A stretch of 64,000 nt of DNA from the IMG/VR virus record IMGVR_UViG_3300008261_000400; one strand, written 5' to 3'. Made by a program: the position numbers and the translations under genes. This DNA comes from an uncultured virus (IMG/VR IMGVR_UViG_3300008261_000400). Taxonomy: Duplodnaviria; Heunggongvirae; Uroviricota; Caudoviricetes. Of this stretch, positions 38,847 to 48,528 are shown one piece after another. Position 1 is the first letter of the stretch. Every line of letters starts with the position of its first letter. The notes under the pieces were generated by a model that made no database searches, was not told the DNA's origin, and saw only the letters and a program-made list of their open reading frames with translations.

Positions 38847-39575
38847 ATGCCATTACCAAAGATTTCTACACCAACTTATGAACTTGAGTTGCCTTCTACT
38901 GGAAAATCTATAAAATATAGACCATTCCTCGTTAAAGAAGAAAAAATTCTTATCTTAGCTCTTGAAAGTCAAGATATTAAACAAATCACACTTGCTATTA
39001 AACAAGTACTAAAAGATTGTATTATAACAAAAGGAATTAAAATAGAAGATCTACCTTCTTTCGATATTGAATACATTTTCTTAAATGTTCGTGGAAAATC
39101 TGTTGGAGAGGCCATAGATCTGGTTGTAACTTGTTCCGATGATGGTACTACAGAAGTCCCAGTTAAAGTGTACGTTGATGAAATCAATGTACAAAAAGAC
39201 TCTGAACATACTTCGGAAATTAAACTAGATGATGATATTGTTGTAAAAATGAAATATCCATCACTAGATCAATTCATTAAAAATAACTTTGATTTCAGTG
39301 TACAAGAATCTGCAAGTACAATTGATAAGTCTTTTGATATTATTTCATCTTGTATTGAAGCTATTTTTACTGCAGAAGAATCTTGGGCTGCTTCAGATTG
39401 TACGAAGAAAGAACTTGTTGAGTTTATAGAGAGTATGAATTCATCTCAGTTTAAGAAAATTGAACAGTTTTTTGAGACAATGCCTAAATTATCTCATACT
39501 TTTACTGTAAAAAATCCGAAGACTGGAGTAGAAAATACGGTTACGTTGGAGGGTTTAACCAGTTTTTTCGGTTGA
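38847..39575 (+). CDS. gp26: Baseplate hub assembly chaperone gp26
   Basis: MPLPKI..YELELPS, YRPFLVKEEK, RGKSVGE, LEGL.SFF. Confidence 0.93.
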   Translation: MPLPKISTPTYELELPSTGKSIKYRPFLVKEEKILILALESQDIKQITLAIKQVLKDCIITKGIKIEDLPSFDIEYIFLNVRGKSVGEAIDLVVTCSDDGTTEVPVKVYVDEINVQKDSEHTSEIKLDDDIVVKMKYPSLDQFIKNNFDFSVQESASTIDKSFDIISSCIEAIFTAEESWAASDCTKKELVEFIESMNSSQFKKIEQFFETMPKLSHTFTVKNPKTGVENTVTLEGLTSFFG

Positions 39576-39577
39576 CA

Positions 39578-39763
39578 ATGGCTCACATTGATTTGGAAGC
39601 CTATTATCGTATTAATTTTGCTCTCATGCAGTTCCATAAATACTCTTTGACTGAGGTTGAAAATTTAATGCCTTGGGAAAGAGATATCTATCTTGCCCTA
39701 TTGAAACAACATATTGAAGAAGAAAACTTAAAGGCACAACAGGCGGCAAATCGTGGCAATTAA
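39578..39763 (+). CDS. gp51: Baseplate hub assembly catalyst gp51
   Basis: YYRINFALMQFHKYSLTEVENLMPWERDIY. Confidence 0.9.
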   Translation: MAHIDLEAYYRINFALMQFHKYSLTEVENLMPWERDIYLALLKQHIEEENLKAQQAANRGN

Positions 39764-41516
39764 ATCACCACTAAATCCAGGAGTTATTGCTAGAGAACGT
39801 AGAGTTACACCAGAAGCAGTTCAGAACTTTATTTCTGGTGGTTCTCCTCTTGGATCTTCTGTGGTTGCTAGTGCTGCTAACAAAATTGTAGGATTTCAAA
39901 GAGGAACTGCTGGAGTTGCTCCACAAGTTCCAGATCTTGGTTCGATCATTAATACTTTATCATCAAATATTTTAAACAATGTTGAGAATAGAGTACAAGC
40001 AATAACTCAAAATGTAAATCAGATTGTTCAAAAAACTGTAGGAGATTTACAAAATAGATTTATTTCTAAAACAGATTCTATTGATGCAAACGCTCCGAAT
40101 AAAATTTTATCCAATTTCTTGAGTTTATATGATAAAGCAATTGGATATATAAGATTTTTTGCAAATCCAAATAATATAAAAAGTCTAAATGAAAGTTTAG
40201 TAGAACTCAGGAAAGTATTCGATGAAACTTTCAAAGTCGCTAAAAGCATTCGTCAAACAATTATAAGAATAGTCGATCAACTTTCCAATCTACCTACAGC
40301 TAATGCAGGAGGTGGTGGAATAGATTTGGATGTTAAAGTTCCAGGCCCACCATTAAAAAGAGCGGGAAACACTGGAATATTAAGGTCTATGAGAAGACGC
40401 CCTGGATTAATGTTGGGTGGTGCTGCTCTTGCTGGTGCAGGCACTGGAGCAATGGTGACCAATGCTCTTCAAGACGTTGGCGGTGGAGTTCAACCTCAGT
40501 TAATGGGAGAAACTGGTGAAGGATTATCTGGACCATTACTAGACAAGTTTAATGCAATATTAGATAGATTTTCTGCTGTTCTAAAGTCATTATCAACGAG
40601 ACCATCAAAACAACAACCTGGAGGAGGAAAATCCACATCTACACAAGCGAAAGATGGAGCTCGAGGAGCTACAGGAGCACCTGGAGCACCTGGTGTTTCT
40701 GGATCACCTGGTGTTACTACGACTGGAGAAAAGGGGGTATTAGATCTTATTGCTTCAGTCGAACAAGGTCCGGAAGGATATGATAGTTTTAATACAAGTG
40801 CAGGAAAAACTCCCGGTAAGGCTACAGAACAAACGATTGGGTGGTTGGCTAAAAACGCACGAGGAGCAATTGGTAGATATCAACAAATGCCCCAATATCT
40901 ATTGGAAAGAGCGCAAAGAGCTGGATTCAATGCAAATACAAAATTTACACCAGAAGTTCAAGATGCAATAACACTAAACGAATTAAGATCAAGTCATGGA
41001 ATAAATGAGTTTTTATCCGGTAAAATATCAGAAGAACAATTTTTACAAAAACTTGCTCCAACATGGAGAGGATTGCCTCAGGGAAAAATTAATGCTGCAA
41101 AACTAGGCGGAACAGCAGATTTAACATATCAAGATCAATATTCTGGAAGAAATCTTGCTGGCAAAACATATGCAACTACTATTTCCGAATTGAGAAATAT
41201 TAGATCAGGTGGTAATAAACCAGTCGCATCAACTCAACAACGAAATAAACCGGCAGTTGTTGCCGCTCCAGCACAACAACAAATGCAACAACAATCTGCA
41301 CAACAGGTTGCACAAGTTCCTGTAACACAATCGCAACCACAAGTAAATATTCTTCCTTTGCAAGGTGGAGGTGGAAATCAACAAGGAACCGCAAAACCAC
41401 CTCAAGCACCTATAACAGGCATTAGAGGAGAAACTGTTCCAATGTTACCCACCACAAATCCTGATAATTTCCTTACATTATATTCTAAAATGGTTTACAA
41501 CATCGTTGACGGATAA
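39753..41516 (+). CDS. Tape-measure/hub-like virion protein with lambda-type lysozyme domain
   Basis: Helical N-half; LDLIA..E..Y..A.GRYQ..F.PEVQD..LA..W.GLP lysozyme-like domain. Confidence 0.72.
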   Translation: MAIKSPLNPGVIARERRVTPEAVQNFISGGSPLGSSVVASAANKIVGFQRGTAGVAPQVPDLGSIINTLSSNILNNVENRVQAITQNVNQIVQKTVGDLQNRFISKTDSIDANAPNKILSNFLSLYDKAIGYIRFFANPNNIKSLNESLVELRKVFDETFKVAKSIRQTIIRIVDQLSNLPTANAGGGGIDLDVKVPGPPLKRAGNTGILRSMRRRPGLMLGGAALAGAGTGAMVTNALQDVGGGVQPQLMGETGEGLSGPLLDKFNAILDRFSAVLKSLSTRPSKQQPGGGKSTSTQAKDGARGATGAPGAPGVSGSPGVTTTGEKGVLDLIASVEQGPEGYDSFNTSAGKTPGKATEQTIGWLAKNARGAIGRYQQMPQYLLERAQRAGFNANTKFTPEVQDAITLNELRSSHGINEFLSGKISEEQFLQKLAPTWRGLPQGKINAAKLGGTADLTYQDQYSGRNLAGKTYATTISELRNIRSGGNKPVASTQQRNKPAVVAAPAQQQMQQQSAQQVAQVPVTQSQPQVNILPLQGGGGNQQGTAKPPQAPITGIRGETVPMLPTTNPDNFLTLYSKMVYNIVDG

Positions 41517-43381
41517 TGGCTAAAGGAATCTCTTCAATGCTGTTGAATGCAGCAAACAACATTGTAAGTACAAATAGATCTACTTCACAAATGAAGAGGT
41601 CTCAAACTACCTATCAAGATTTTGTTCGTTTCATGCAATTGGAAACGAATAATTTAAAGGCAATAAAATTTAATCAAAGAAAACTTAAGAAAGCTTTAGG
41701 AGCAAATGTAGCTGTAAGTTTTGGAAGTGCCGGTAACTTATTGAGTGGTCTTGCAAGTGGGGCTTTAGATGCTGCATCTTTTGTTGGAGATTTCTTCGGA
41801 AAAAAAGATGGTAAATCAAAATTACCAAAACCAAATAGTAAAGCAGGAAGACCATTACAATCTGGTACAAAAATAAAAATACCAGGTGTTAGAGCATTAG
41901 GTGTTTTGACACCACTTTTGGCTGGACTTGATTTTGCTCAGGGGATTTCTCAAGGAGAATCGACTGGAAAAGCTGCTGCAGGTGCTGCTGGATCTGCAGC
42001 TGGAGGAATTGCTGGTGCAGCCGCTGGTGGAGCTTTAGCGGGTGCTATAACATCTGGAATGATTGGACAAGGTTTAGTTCCTATTCCTGGATTGGGATTT
42101 GTTTTAGGTGCTGCTGTAGGTGGATTAGGTGCTTTTGCTGGTGGATATTTTGCAGATAGAGCTTATGAAGCTACAGAAAAAAATGCAAAACAAAAAATAG
42201 AATCAAAACTTAAAATACAAGAGGCAAAACAAAAAGAAGCAGCTGCAGCCGCTGCTAAATTATCTTTACCAGAAGTTTTAGATAAGTTTGAAAGGGTAGT
42301 ATTTCAATTTGAAAGAGTTTCTTATAATTTACAATTATCAGAGGTCACTGATACTCCAACAGGATATGATGAAGAGTTAGATCCGGAAGAATTGCCGCCT
42401 CCAACGGATGAATCTACTGGTGGACCAGTTCAGTACGGATCTGGTAATGCGGAATTTGGAGAAACGGGAAACGTAAGAAATTCTACTGGTTGGGTTCATG
42501 GACATTTCCAGGGAGAAACTGTTTCTGAAGTCGTGAATGATACTACAACAGTGGTAAAAGCATTATTAAAACAAGGATCTCCAGTATATTTAAATCCAGG
42601 AATTGATTTGTTACCATCAAAACAATATAGTGATTCGGAATTGAGAAATTATGTTGATGCCGCAAGAAGATCGCATACTCATAGCGGTAGTGGAAAATCA
42701 ATTGATGTATTTGTAAGAAAAGGAACCAAAGTACCTGTTCCTTTGAGTAATATAGGTCCAACTGGAAAAGATTTTGGTGGTTATGGAAGGGGAGGACTTG
42801 GTGGATATATTCAGGGAACAAGAACTTGGATTGGCCATTTAGCTCCAAATTCCAAACCCGGTCTTGCACAAACAAAAGGGGAAATAAAACCAAAAGGAAA
42901 AGAATCTGGAGAGATGCAAGATCTTGTCCCCAATCCAAATATGATGAATAAAACCTCGACAGACCAAACTACTATCCAAAGGCAATCACAAGTAATGAGT
43001 CAGAGGTTTATCAAACCATCCACTCAATCTTCATCTAATAATTTAATCCAAGCGCAAACAAATGTTTTTCCGCAAGAAAAACTAACTCAAATGAAATATG
43101 ATGAAAATAATATTTCTAAAGTACAGGACTCGATGATACAACCAACATCTACACAATTGGTTGTAATACCTCAACAAATCCAACAATATCCATCTTATAA
43201 TATGCCACAATCATCAGTAACTTTGATTCCTATACTTTCTGGAAATGGTAATCAAAAACCTGTCGTTATTTCTACGCCAAATGGAGGTTCTCAAACAGTA
43301 GTAGTGTCTGGGCCAAGTGAAGGTCAAGTGTTAAATAGTTTATATAAGAACATACTTCTAACATCTCTATCAGCCACATAA
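41516..43381 (+). CDS. Tape-measure-like virion protein with Gly/Ala-rich segment and peptidase-like domain
   Basis: GAAAGG..IPGLG segment; His motifs HGHF, ID, GHL. Confidence 0.6.
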   Translation: MAKGISSMLLNAANNIVSTNRSTSQMKRSQTTYQDFVRFMQLETNNLKAIKFNQRKLKKALGANVAVSFGSAGNLLSGLASGALDAASFVGDFFGKKDGKSKLPKPNSKAGRPLQSGTKIKIPGVRALGVLTPLLAGLDFAQGISQGESTGKAAAGAAGSAAGGIAGAAAGGALAGAITSGMIGQGLVPIPGLGFVLGAAVGGLGAFAGGYFADRAYEATEKNAKQKIESKLKIQEAKQKEAAAAAAKLSLPEVLDKFERVVFQFERVSYNLQLSEVTDTPTGYDEELDPEELPPPTDESTGGPVQYGSGNAEFGETGNVRNSTGWVHGHFQGETVSEVVNDTTTVVKALLKQGSPVYLNPGIDLLPSKQYSDSELRNYVDAARRSHTHSGSGKSIDVFVRKGTKVPVPLSNIGPTGKDFGGYGRGGLGGYIQGTRTWIGHLAPNSKPGLAQTKGEIKPKGKESGEMQDLVPNPNMMNKTSTDQTTIQRQSQVMSQRFIKPSTQSSSNNLIQAQTNVFPQEKLTQMKYDENNISKVQDSMIQPTSTQLVVIPQQIQQYPSYNMPQSSVTLIPILSGNGNQKPVVISTPNGGSQTVVVSGPSEGQVLNSLYKNILLTSLSAT

Positions 43382-43384
43382 ATT

Positions 43385-44662
43385 ATGTCAGTAGCAGTAG
43401 GTAGTTTAAGATTTAATGCGGTTGAGTTAATAGCTTTAAATGATACTAAAAGAATTGATTTAACTAATAGTGTTGTTTTTATCGATTACTTTGAGGATAT
43501 TCTTTCGCCATGCGTGACGATGAATATGCAAATAGCCACAGGAAACTCTATTTTCAACACCTTACCAATACGTGGTGGAGAAAAGGTAGTTTTTGATATA
43601 TCTACTGCGACTGGTAATTTTACGTTAGATGGTGATTATGGAATGTATGTCTACAAAGTCAGTGGTTATGCTTCTGACGGACAAAAAGAAATGTTTACAT
43701 TACATCTAGTTTCTAGAGAAGGACTGACAAACGAAACTTCAAGATGTCAAAAGAAATATGAAAAGTTACCTATAAATGAACATGTAACTTCTATATTAGA
43801 TGAAGTATTAACTACAAAAAAATATGAATCATCTAATATTGAAAGAACTTCAAATTCGTATAGTTTTATTGGTAATCAGAAAAAACCTTTTCATATTTTA
43901 ACTTGGTTAGGTCCAAAGGGAATTCCTTCAACCGGATCTTCAGGAACTAGTGGAGAACTAGCCAAAGGAGTTGCTGGATTTCTTTTTTATGAAACAAAAG
44001 ACGGATTTAATTTTAAAAGTATCGATAAATTAGTTTCTGCAACCACAAGTGGAGCTGAAGATTCCTCTGTAATAACTTATACTTATAATAATGTTATTCA
44101 AGAAAATTCTATTCAAAATAATTTTACAATCTTAGATTATGCTTTGGAAAAAAATATTGATTTAATGAAATCTCTTCGAGTTGGAATGTACGCAAATAAA
44201 ACTTATTTTTATGATTTGTACACAAATAAGTTAGATATCTATGCATACTATCTAAAAAATGAAATTCGTAGTAAACTAGGTACTCAAGATGATCTTGTGA
44301 TACCGAGTGGATTTGAAGAATCTTTTTCCCGAATTCTAGTTAGAACAAGTGATAAAGGTACTTTAGACCCAAATGATATTGCAGGTAGTTCTGGAAGAGA
44401 CAATGCTGACATGGCTAAATCTTTTTCCAGATATAACTTGCTCTTTACTCAATCGCTAAATATGGTAGTGCCATGTAACGTTAATCTTCGTGCAGGTGGG
44501 GTTGTGAAAGCTCAATTTCCAAAAGTTGAATCATCACAACAAACAAGTCTCGATGAAGAACAAAGTGGTAAATACTTAATTAAAGAATTGAGACATCATT
44601 TTGAAGGCAACAACATGGTCACCTCTCTAAAATTAGTTAGAGATTCTTACGGATTGTATTAA
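43385..44662 (+). CDS. Baseplate hub protein (gp27-like)
   Basis: YFEDILSP, LPIRGGE, FLFYETKDGFNFKSID, SGKYLI..LRH; position before gp5. Confidence 0.75.
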   Translation: MSVAVGSLRFNAVELIALNDTKRIDLTNSVVFIDYFEDILSPCVTMNMQIATGNSIFNTLPIRGGEKVVFDISTATGNFTLDGDYGMYVYKVSGYASDGQKEMFTLHLVSREGLTNETSRCQKKYEKLPINEHVTSILDEVLTTKKYESSNIERTSNSYSFIGNQKKPFHILTWLGPKGIPSTGSSGTSGELAKGVAGFLFYETKDGFNFKSIDKLVSATTSGAEDSSVITYTYNNVIQENSIQNNFTILDYALEKNIDLMKSLRVGMYANKTYFYDLYTNKLDIYAYYLKNEIRSKLGTQDDLVIPSGFEESFSRILVRTSDKGTLDPNDIAGSSGRDNADMAKSFSRYNLLFTQSLNMVVPCNVNLRAGGVVKAQFPKVESSQQTSLDEEQSGKYLIKELRHHFEGNNMVTSLKLVRDSYGLY

Positions 44663-44668
44663 ATTACC

Positions 44669-44881
44669 ATGGAAAACATAGATGCACATATTGCCAAGGA
44701 TAAAGCTCTCCTTGACGACCCACTAATTTCTGCACAATCACGCAGACATACAGAAGAAGAATTAGAAGCTCTTGAAGCTTATAAAATGAATCATCCAGAA
44801 GATAGTCATGACCCAACTCCATTAGAGTTGTTCTGTGATTCTAATCCAAATGCTCTAGAATGTAGAATTTACGATGATTGA
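44669..44881 (+). CDS. cp12: CP12 Calvin-cycle inhibitor
   Basis: C-terminal LELFCDSNPNALECRIYDD. Confidence 0.92.
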   Translation: MENIDAHIAKDKALLDDPLISAQSRRHTEEELEALEAYKMNHPEDSHDPTPLELFCDSNPNALECRIYDD

Positions 44882-47117
44882 AGAATCTTTACTTAAATCT
44901 AACTTTATCGGAAAAGATGGTTTCGTTTGGTGGATCGGCCAAGTTGCCGATCCGAAAGTTTGGCGTACCGAAAAGTCCAGAGTAGATGAAAGTAAAGATA
45001 CAAGTTGGGCATATAGATGTAAAGTACGAATAATAGGGTATCACAGTTTTGATGCAAATATTTTACCCGATGAAGATCTACCTTGGGCTCATATTTTAAC
45101 CAGTGCTTCAGAAGGATCTCCAGGACAAGGTAGTTTTGGTAAAACTCATATGATAGTGGGAGGAGAATCTGTTTTAGGATTCTTCTTAGATGGCGAAGAA
45201 GGTCAACAACCAGTTGTTGTATCTTGTTTTTATAGATCAAAAGCAGTAGAAAACGCAAAAGAACCTGGACCTTTTAAACCTTTCACTGGGATGCAAGGTA
45301 ATTTAAAGGCCAGTGCAACAAGAATAAAAGCTCCTGCAACTGGAGTCATAAAAGAAGCCGAAAAAAATACAGTTGAAAGTGGATCAGCAATAAAATTTTC
45401 ACAAAATCCAGAATTTGGAATAGGAGATTCTGGATTAGATTTATCCCCTAATTTTAATCCACTTACGCCAGATACAGGAAATTCATCAGGAAGTTTTAGA
45501 AAAATACCTGGTGCATCTTCTGACGAACTTTTTTACAAGGATGTAGGAAATCTTGCATTTTTAAAGGCTTTTAATGATGCAGGAGAAGTGTCTGGATCTA
45601 ACGGATGTTTGACAAATGTATTAGCTAATATTACTAGTGCTTTACAGGGATTCATTGGATTTGTGAATGGTTTAGAAAAGACTATTTTTGGATTCATAGA
45701 CCCAATAAGAAATAAAATTGTAGATATAGGTTCACAAATAAAATCAGTCGCAAGATTGATAGCATCTCTTATGAAATTCATCATAAATGGGATGCGTGAC
45801 AATATAATAAAGTTAACAGGGTGTTTATTTAGAGCTTTTTCGATAACAATACCACTTCCTCAGTGGTTAAGACTATCCGAAGCAGCTAAAAGAATTTTAG
45901 ATATAATTTTTTGTATCTTTGAAAAATTATTTGGACCAATAGAAAATTTTATTGCTGGATTACTGTCAGGACTAATCGGAAAAACTCCAAATATTCCAAG
46001 ATGTGCTGCAGAAGAACTTACTGCTTCTCTTATTTCCAAACTTATGGAAATGGTCGATGACAGTTTAGCTACAGTTCTTTCTGGTTTGGATTGGTTAGTT
46101 GGTGGAGTAGGTGAAATCACAGGATATTTAAAAACTGCAGCTCAAGAAATTTCTCAACTACTTAGTTTCTTAAACTGTGATGGACTTCTATGCCAAACTC
46201 CTGGAACATGGGATCCATTTAAAGGAGTAAAGTTCCCAGAGACTGATGAGTGGGCAAAAGTAGTTGGTAATATAGATTTACTAGGTGGTTATGGTGGTGA
46301 AGTCAATGATTGGATAGGTTTACTGTCATCGTTTGGATCTGCAGACACTCCATTCAAAGATTGTAGAAACAAAGCATTAAATCCAAAGAATCAAAAAGAT
46401 CTTCCACCCATACCACCAGGTACATTATTCTATAAGTGTATTCCACCAGAAGTAATTATAAATGGTGATGGAACAGGTGCAAAAGCAATACCTGTTATAG
46501 AACCTACATCTGGTTCTATTTTAACAGTAAAAGTTCTAGAAGCTGGTAAAGGATATAGTAGACCACCTTCTATTTCGATTCTTGATAACAGTAATTATGG
46601 ATCTGGTGCTGAAGCAAAATCAACCATCAAAAATGGACAAATAGAATCAATTTACATTGTAAAATCTGGATCTGGATATTGTTTAACAGATCTTCAATCG
46701 GCAATTGTAAATGTAGGAGTAGACACCACTAGTGTAGGTTCTGGAACTGGAATAGGTGCAACTAGTTCTGTTGGTGTTGGTACAACCAGTTCTGCTGGAA
46801 TTTCTACCGTACCTGTTGGAATTATAACCTCTTTAGTAGTAGAATCTCCAGGATTTGGATATACTTCTGGTGATACTATCTTAGTCGGTAGTTGCGTTTA
46901 TAGTCCTATTTTAACTACTAATGGTTCAATAATAGGTATAAACTCAGTTTCATATTGTTCTCAACAATTCAAAACTGTTCCACCAGTGACCATAAATACA
47001 ACTACTGGGGTTGGTGCTGAAGTATATCCAGTGTTACAATATATTCCACAATATATTGTCAATAATCAACCTACAACTGGTATAGGTTCAATCACAGAAG
47101 TAGTAGAGTGCGTATGA
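44874..47117 (+). CDS. gp5: Baseplate hub/central spike gp5
   Basis: FVWWIGQV, RCKVRIIGYH, LPWA, VLGFFLDG..QQP OB-fold. Confidence 0.88.
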   Translation: MIEESLLKSNFIGKDGFVWWIGQVADPKVWRTEKSRVDESKDTSWAYRCKVRIIGYHSFDANILPDEDLPWAHILTSASEGSPGQGSFGKTHMIVGGESVLGFFLDGEEGQQPVVVSCFYRSKAVENAKEPGPFKPFTGMQGNLKASATRIKAPATGVIKEAEKNTVESGSAIKFSQNPEFGIGDSGLDLSPNFNPLTPDTGNSSGSFRKIPGASSDELFYKDVGNLAFLKAFNDAGEVSGSNGCLTNVLANITSALQGFIGFVNGLEKTIFGFIDPIRNKIVDIGSQIKSVARLIASLMKFIINGMRDNIIKLTGCLFRAFSITIPLPQWLRLSEAAKRILDIIFCIFEKLFGPIENFIAGLLSGLIGKTPNIPRCAAEELTASLISKLMEMVDDSLATVLSGLDWLVGGVGEITGYLKTAAQEISQLLSFLNCDGLLCQTPGTWDPFKGVKFPETDEWAKVVGNIDLLGGYGGEVNDWIGLLSSFGSADTPFKDCRNKALNPKNQKDLPPIPPGTLFYKCIPPEVIINGDGTGAKAIPVIEPTSGSILTVKVLEAGKGYSRPPSISILDNSNYGSGAEAKSTIKNGQIESIYIVKSGSGYCLTDLQSAIVNVGVDTTSVGSGTGIGATSSVGVGTTSSAGISTVPVGIITSLVVESPGFGYTSGDTILVGSCVYSPILTTNGSIIGINSVSYCSQQFKTVPPVTINTTTGVGAEVYPVLQYIPQYIVNNQPTTGIGSITEVVECV

Positions 47118-47671
47118 CGGATCAACCAAAAGAGTATTATGAAAAAAGACCCGGATTTGAAATAAAATCTGGAGTTCCTGATGGTGCAGGTAGAACGATA
47201 GATTATTCTGTAATAACTGATAAAGCACAAGGATTTCAATATTCTACTGATGGTACTAAATTTGATCTGACAAATAAAACATCATATGAATTGTGCGGTG
47301 AAGATTGTCAACCTAAAGAACCTGCTAAAATAATTCGTGCAAAGAATGGAGATATAATTATTGAGGCAATGTCTGGGGAAATTGTCTTGCGTGGAAAAAA
47401 TATAAGAATAGAAGCAATAGATGGAAAAGGTGAAGTTACTGTAACTTCTACTAGTCAAATTGCTTTAAATAGTCCCATTCAAAGTTTTAAATCGACAAAT
47501 TCAAATTCAGTATCAACAAATAACCACACAGTGGCTGGTAATGTTGTTGAGGATACAGCTGGAGTAGTTAAATCTAGTAGTGTAGCTACAGATGCAACTC
47601 AAGGAAGTTTTCTTGGATCATTAATGAAAGTGATTGAAAAATTCAAAAAATGGTTAGAGTGCGCTCCATAA
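47114..47671 (+). CDS. gp5 C-terminal-like spike protein
   Basis: Beta-repeat I.A.NGDI.I.A..G; ATGA overlap with gp5. Confidence 0.6.
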   Translation: MTDQPKEYYEKRPGFEIKSGVPDGAGRTIDYSVITDKAQGFQYSTDGTKFDLTNKTSYELCGEDCQPKEPAKIIRAKNGDIIIEAMSGEIVLRGKNIRIEAIDGKGEVTVTSTSQIALNSPIQSFKSTNSNSVSTNNHTVAGNVVEDTAGVVKSSSVATDATQGSFLGSLMKVIEKFKKWLECAP

Positions 47672-47677
47672 GAAAAA

Positions 47678-48526
47678 ATGACAAACTCTATCAAACACAT
47701 AGGTGATAAACTAGTAGTAGGTGAGTTAGATGTTTCATTCCTTGATGTGGGATCAAGGTTGTTACCAGGAACATCCGTATTGAATGGTCCAGTTTATATT
47801 GGTTTAGTTGCTAGTGCAGTTATTCCAAGAGCAAACTGCATGATGGGCCCTGGTATAACTTCACCAAAAACATTAGAAGTTGTTGGTGTTTCCGACATTA
47901 TTGGAATTACAAACGTCACTGGCGTCGTGAATAGATTTGCATTTACTACTGCAAAAGGTGCTACAATAAAGTTAGGAGTAAGTATAAAAAAAGCTTTAGG
48001 TGCTAGTTTAGGATTAAGTACAAAAGCAGCAAAACAACTAACGCACGGAAAGAAAATTTGTAGTGCAGGAATCGTAACTCCAAGCATTAAGGCCGGATTA
48101 GGAAAATTTGTAACTTGTAAAGCAGATCTAGGTGTATTCAAAGCAGTTGCAGCACCATTTAAAAAATTTGATATACCCCATCCATCAAAACCTGGATATA
48201 GACTTACTCACACCTGTATCGAAGGTCCAGAGATAGGGGTATATTATAGAGGAAAATTAAAAGATTCTAATGTTATAGAATTACCAGATTATTGGAAGAA
48301 TTTAATAGATCCAGAAACTATCACTGTACATTTAACACCACATACTTTTCATCAAGAACTCTATGTAAAAGATATTCAATGGGGTTCTAGAATCAATATA
48401 ATAAATAATTCTGGTGGAAACATTGACTGCAGTTATATTGTTTATGCAGAAAGAATTGATGTAGAAAAATTAGTAGTTGAATACGAAGAAAAAAAATCAG
48501 ATTTTTGTCCAGAAAAAAATAATTAA
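47678..48526 (+). CDS. Virion structural protein
   Basis: C-terminal KFDIPHP..L.H.CIEGPE.GVY.RG..LPDYW. Confidence 0.65.
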   Translation: MTNSIKHIGDKLVVGELDVSFLDVGSRLLPGTSVLNGPVYIGLVASAVIPRANCMMGPGITSPKTLEVVGVSDIIGITNVTGVVNRFAFTTAKGATIKLGVSIKKALGASLGLSTKAAKQLTHGKKICSAGIVTPSIKAGLGKFVTCKADLGVFKAVAAPFKKFDIPHPSKPGYRLTHTCIEGPEIGVYYRGKLKDSNVIELPDYWKNLIDPETITVHLTPHTFHQELYVKDIQWGSRINIINNSGGNIDCSYIVYAERIDVEKLVVEYEEKKSDFCPEKNN

Positions 48527-48528
48527 TT

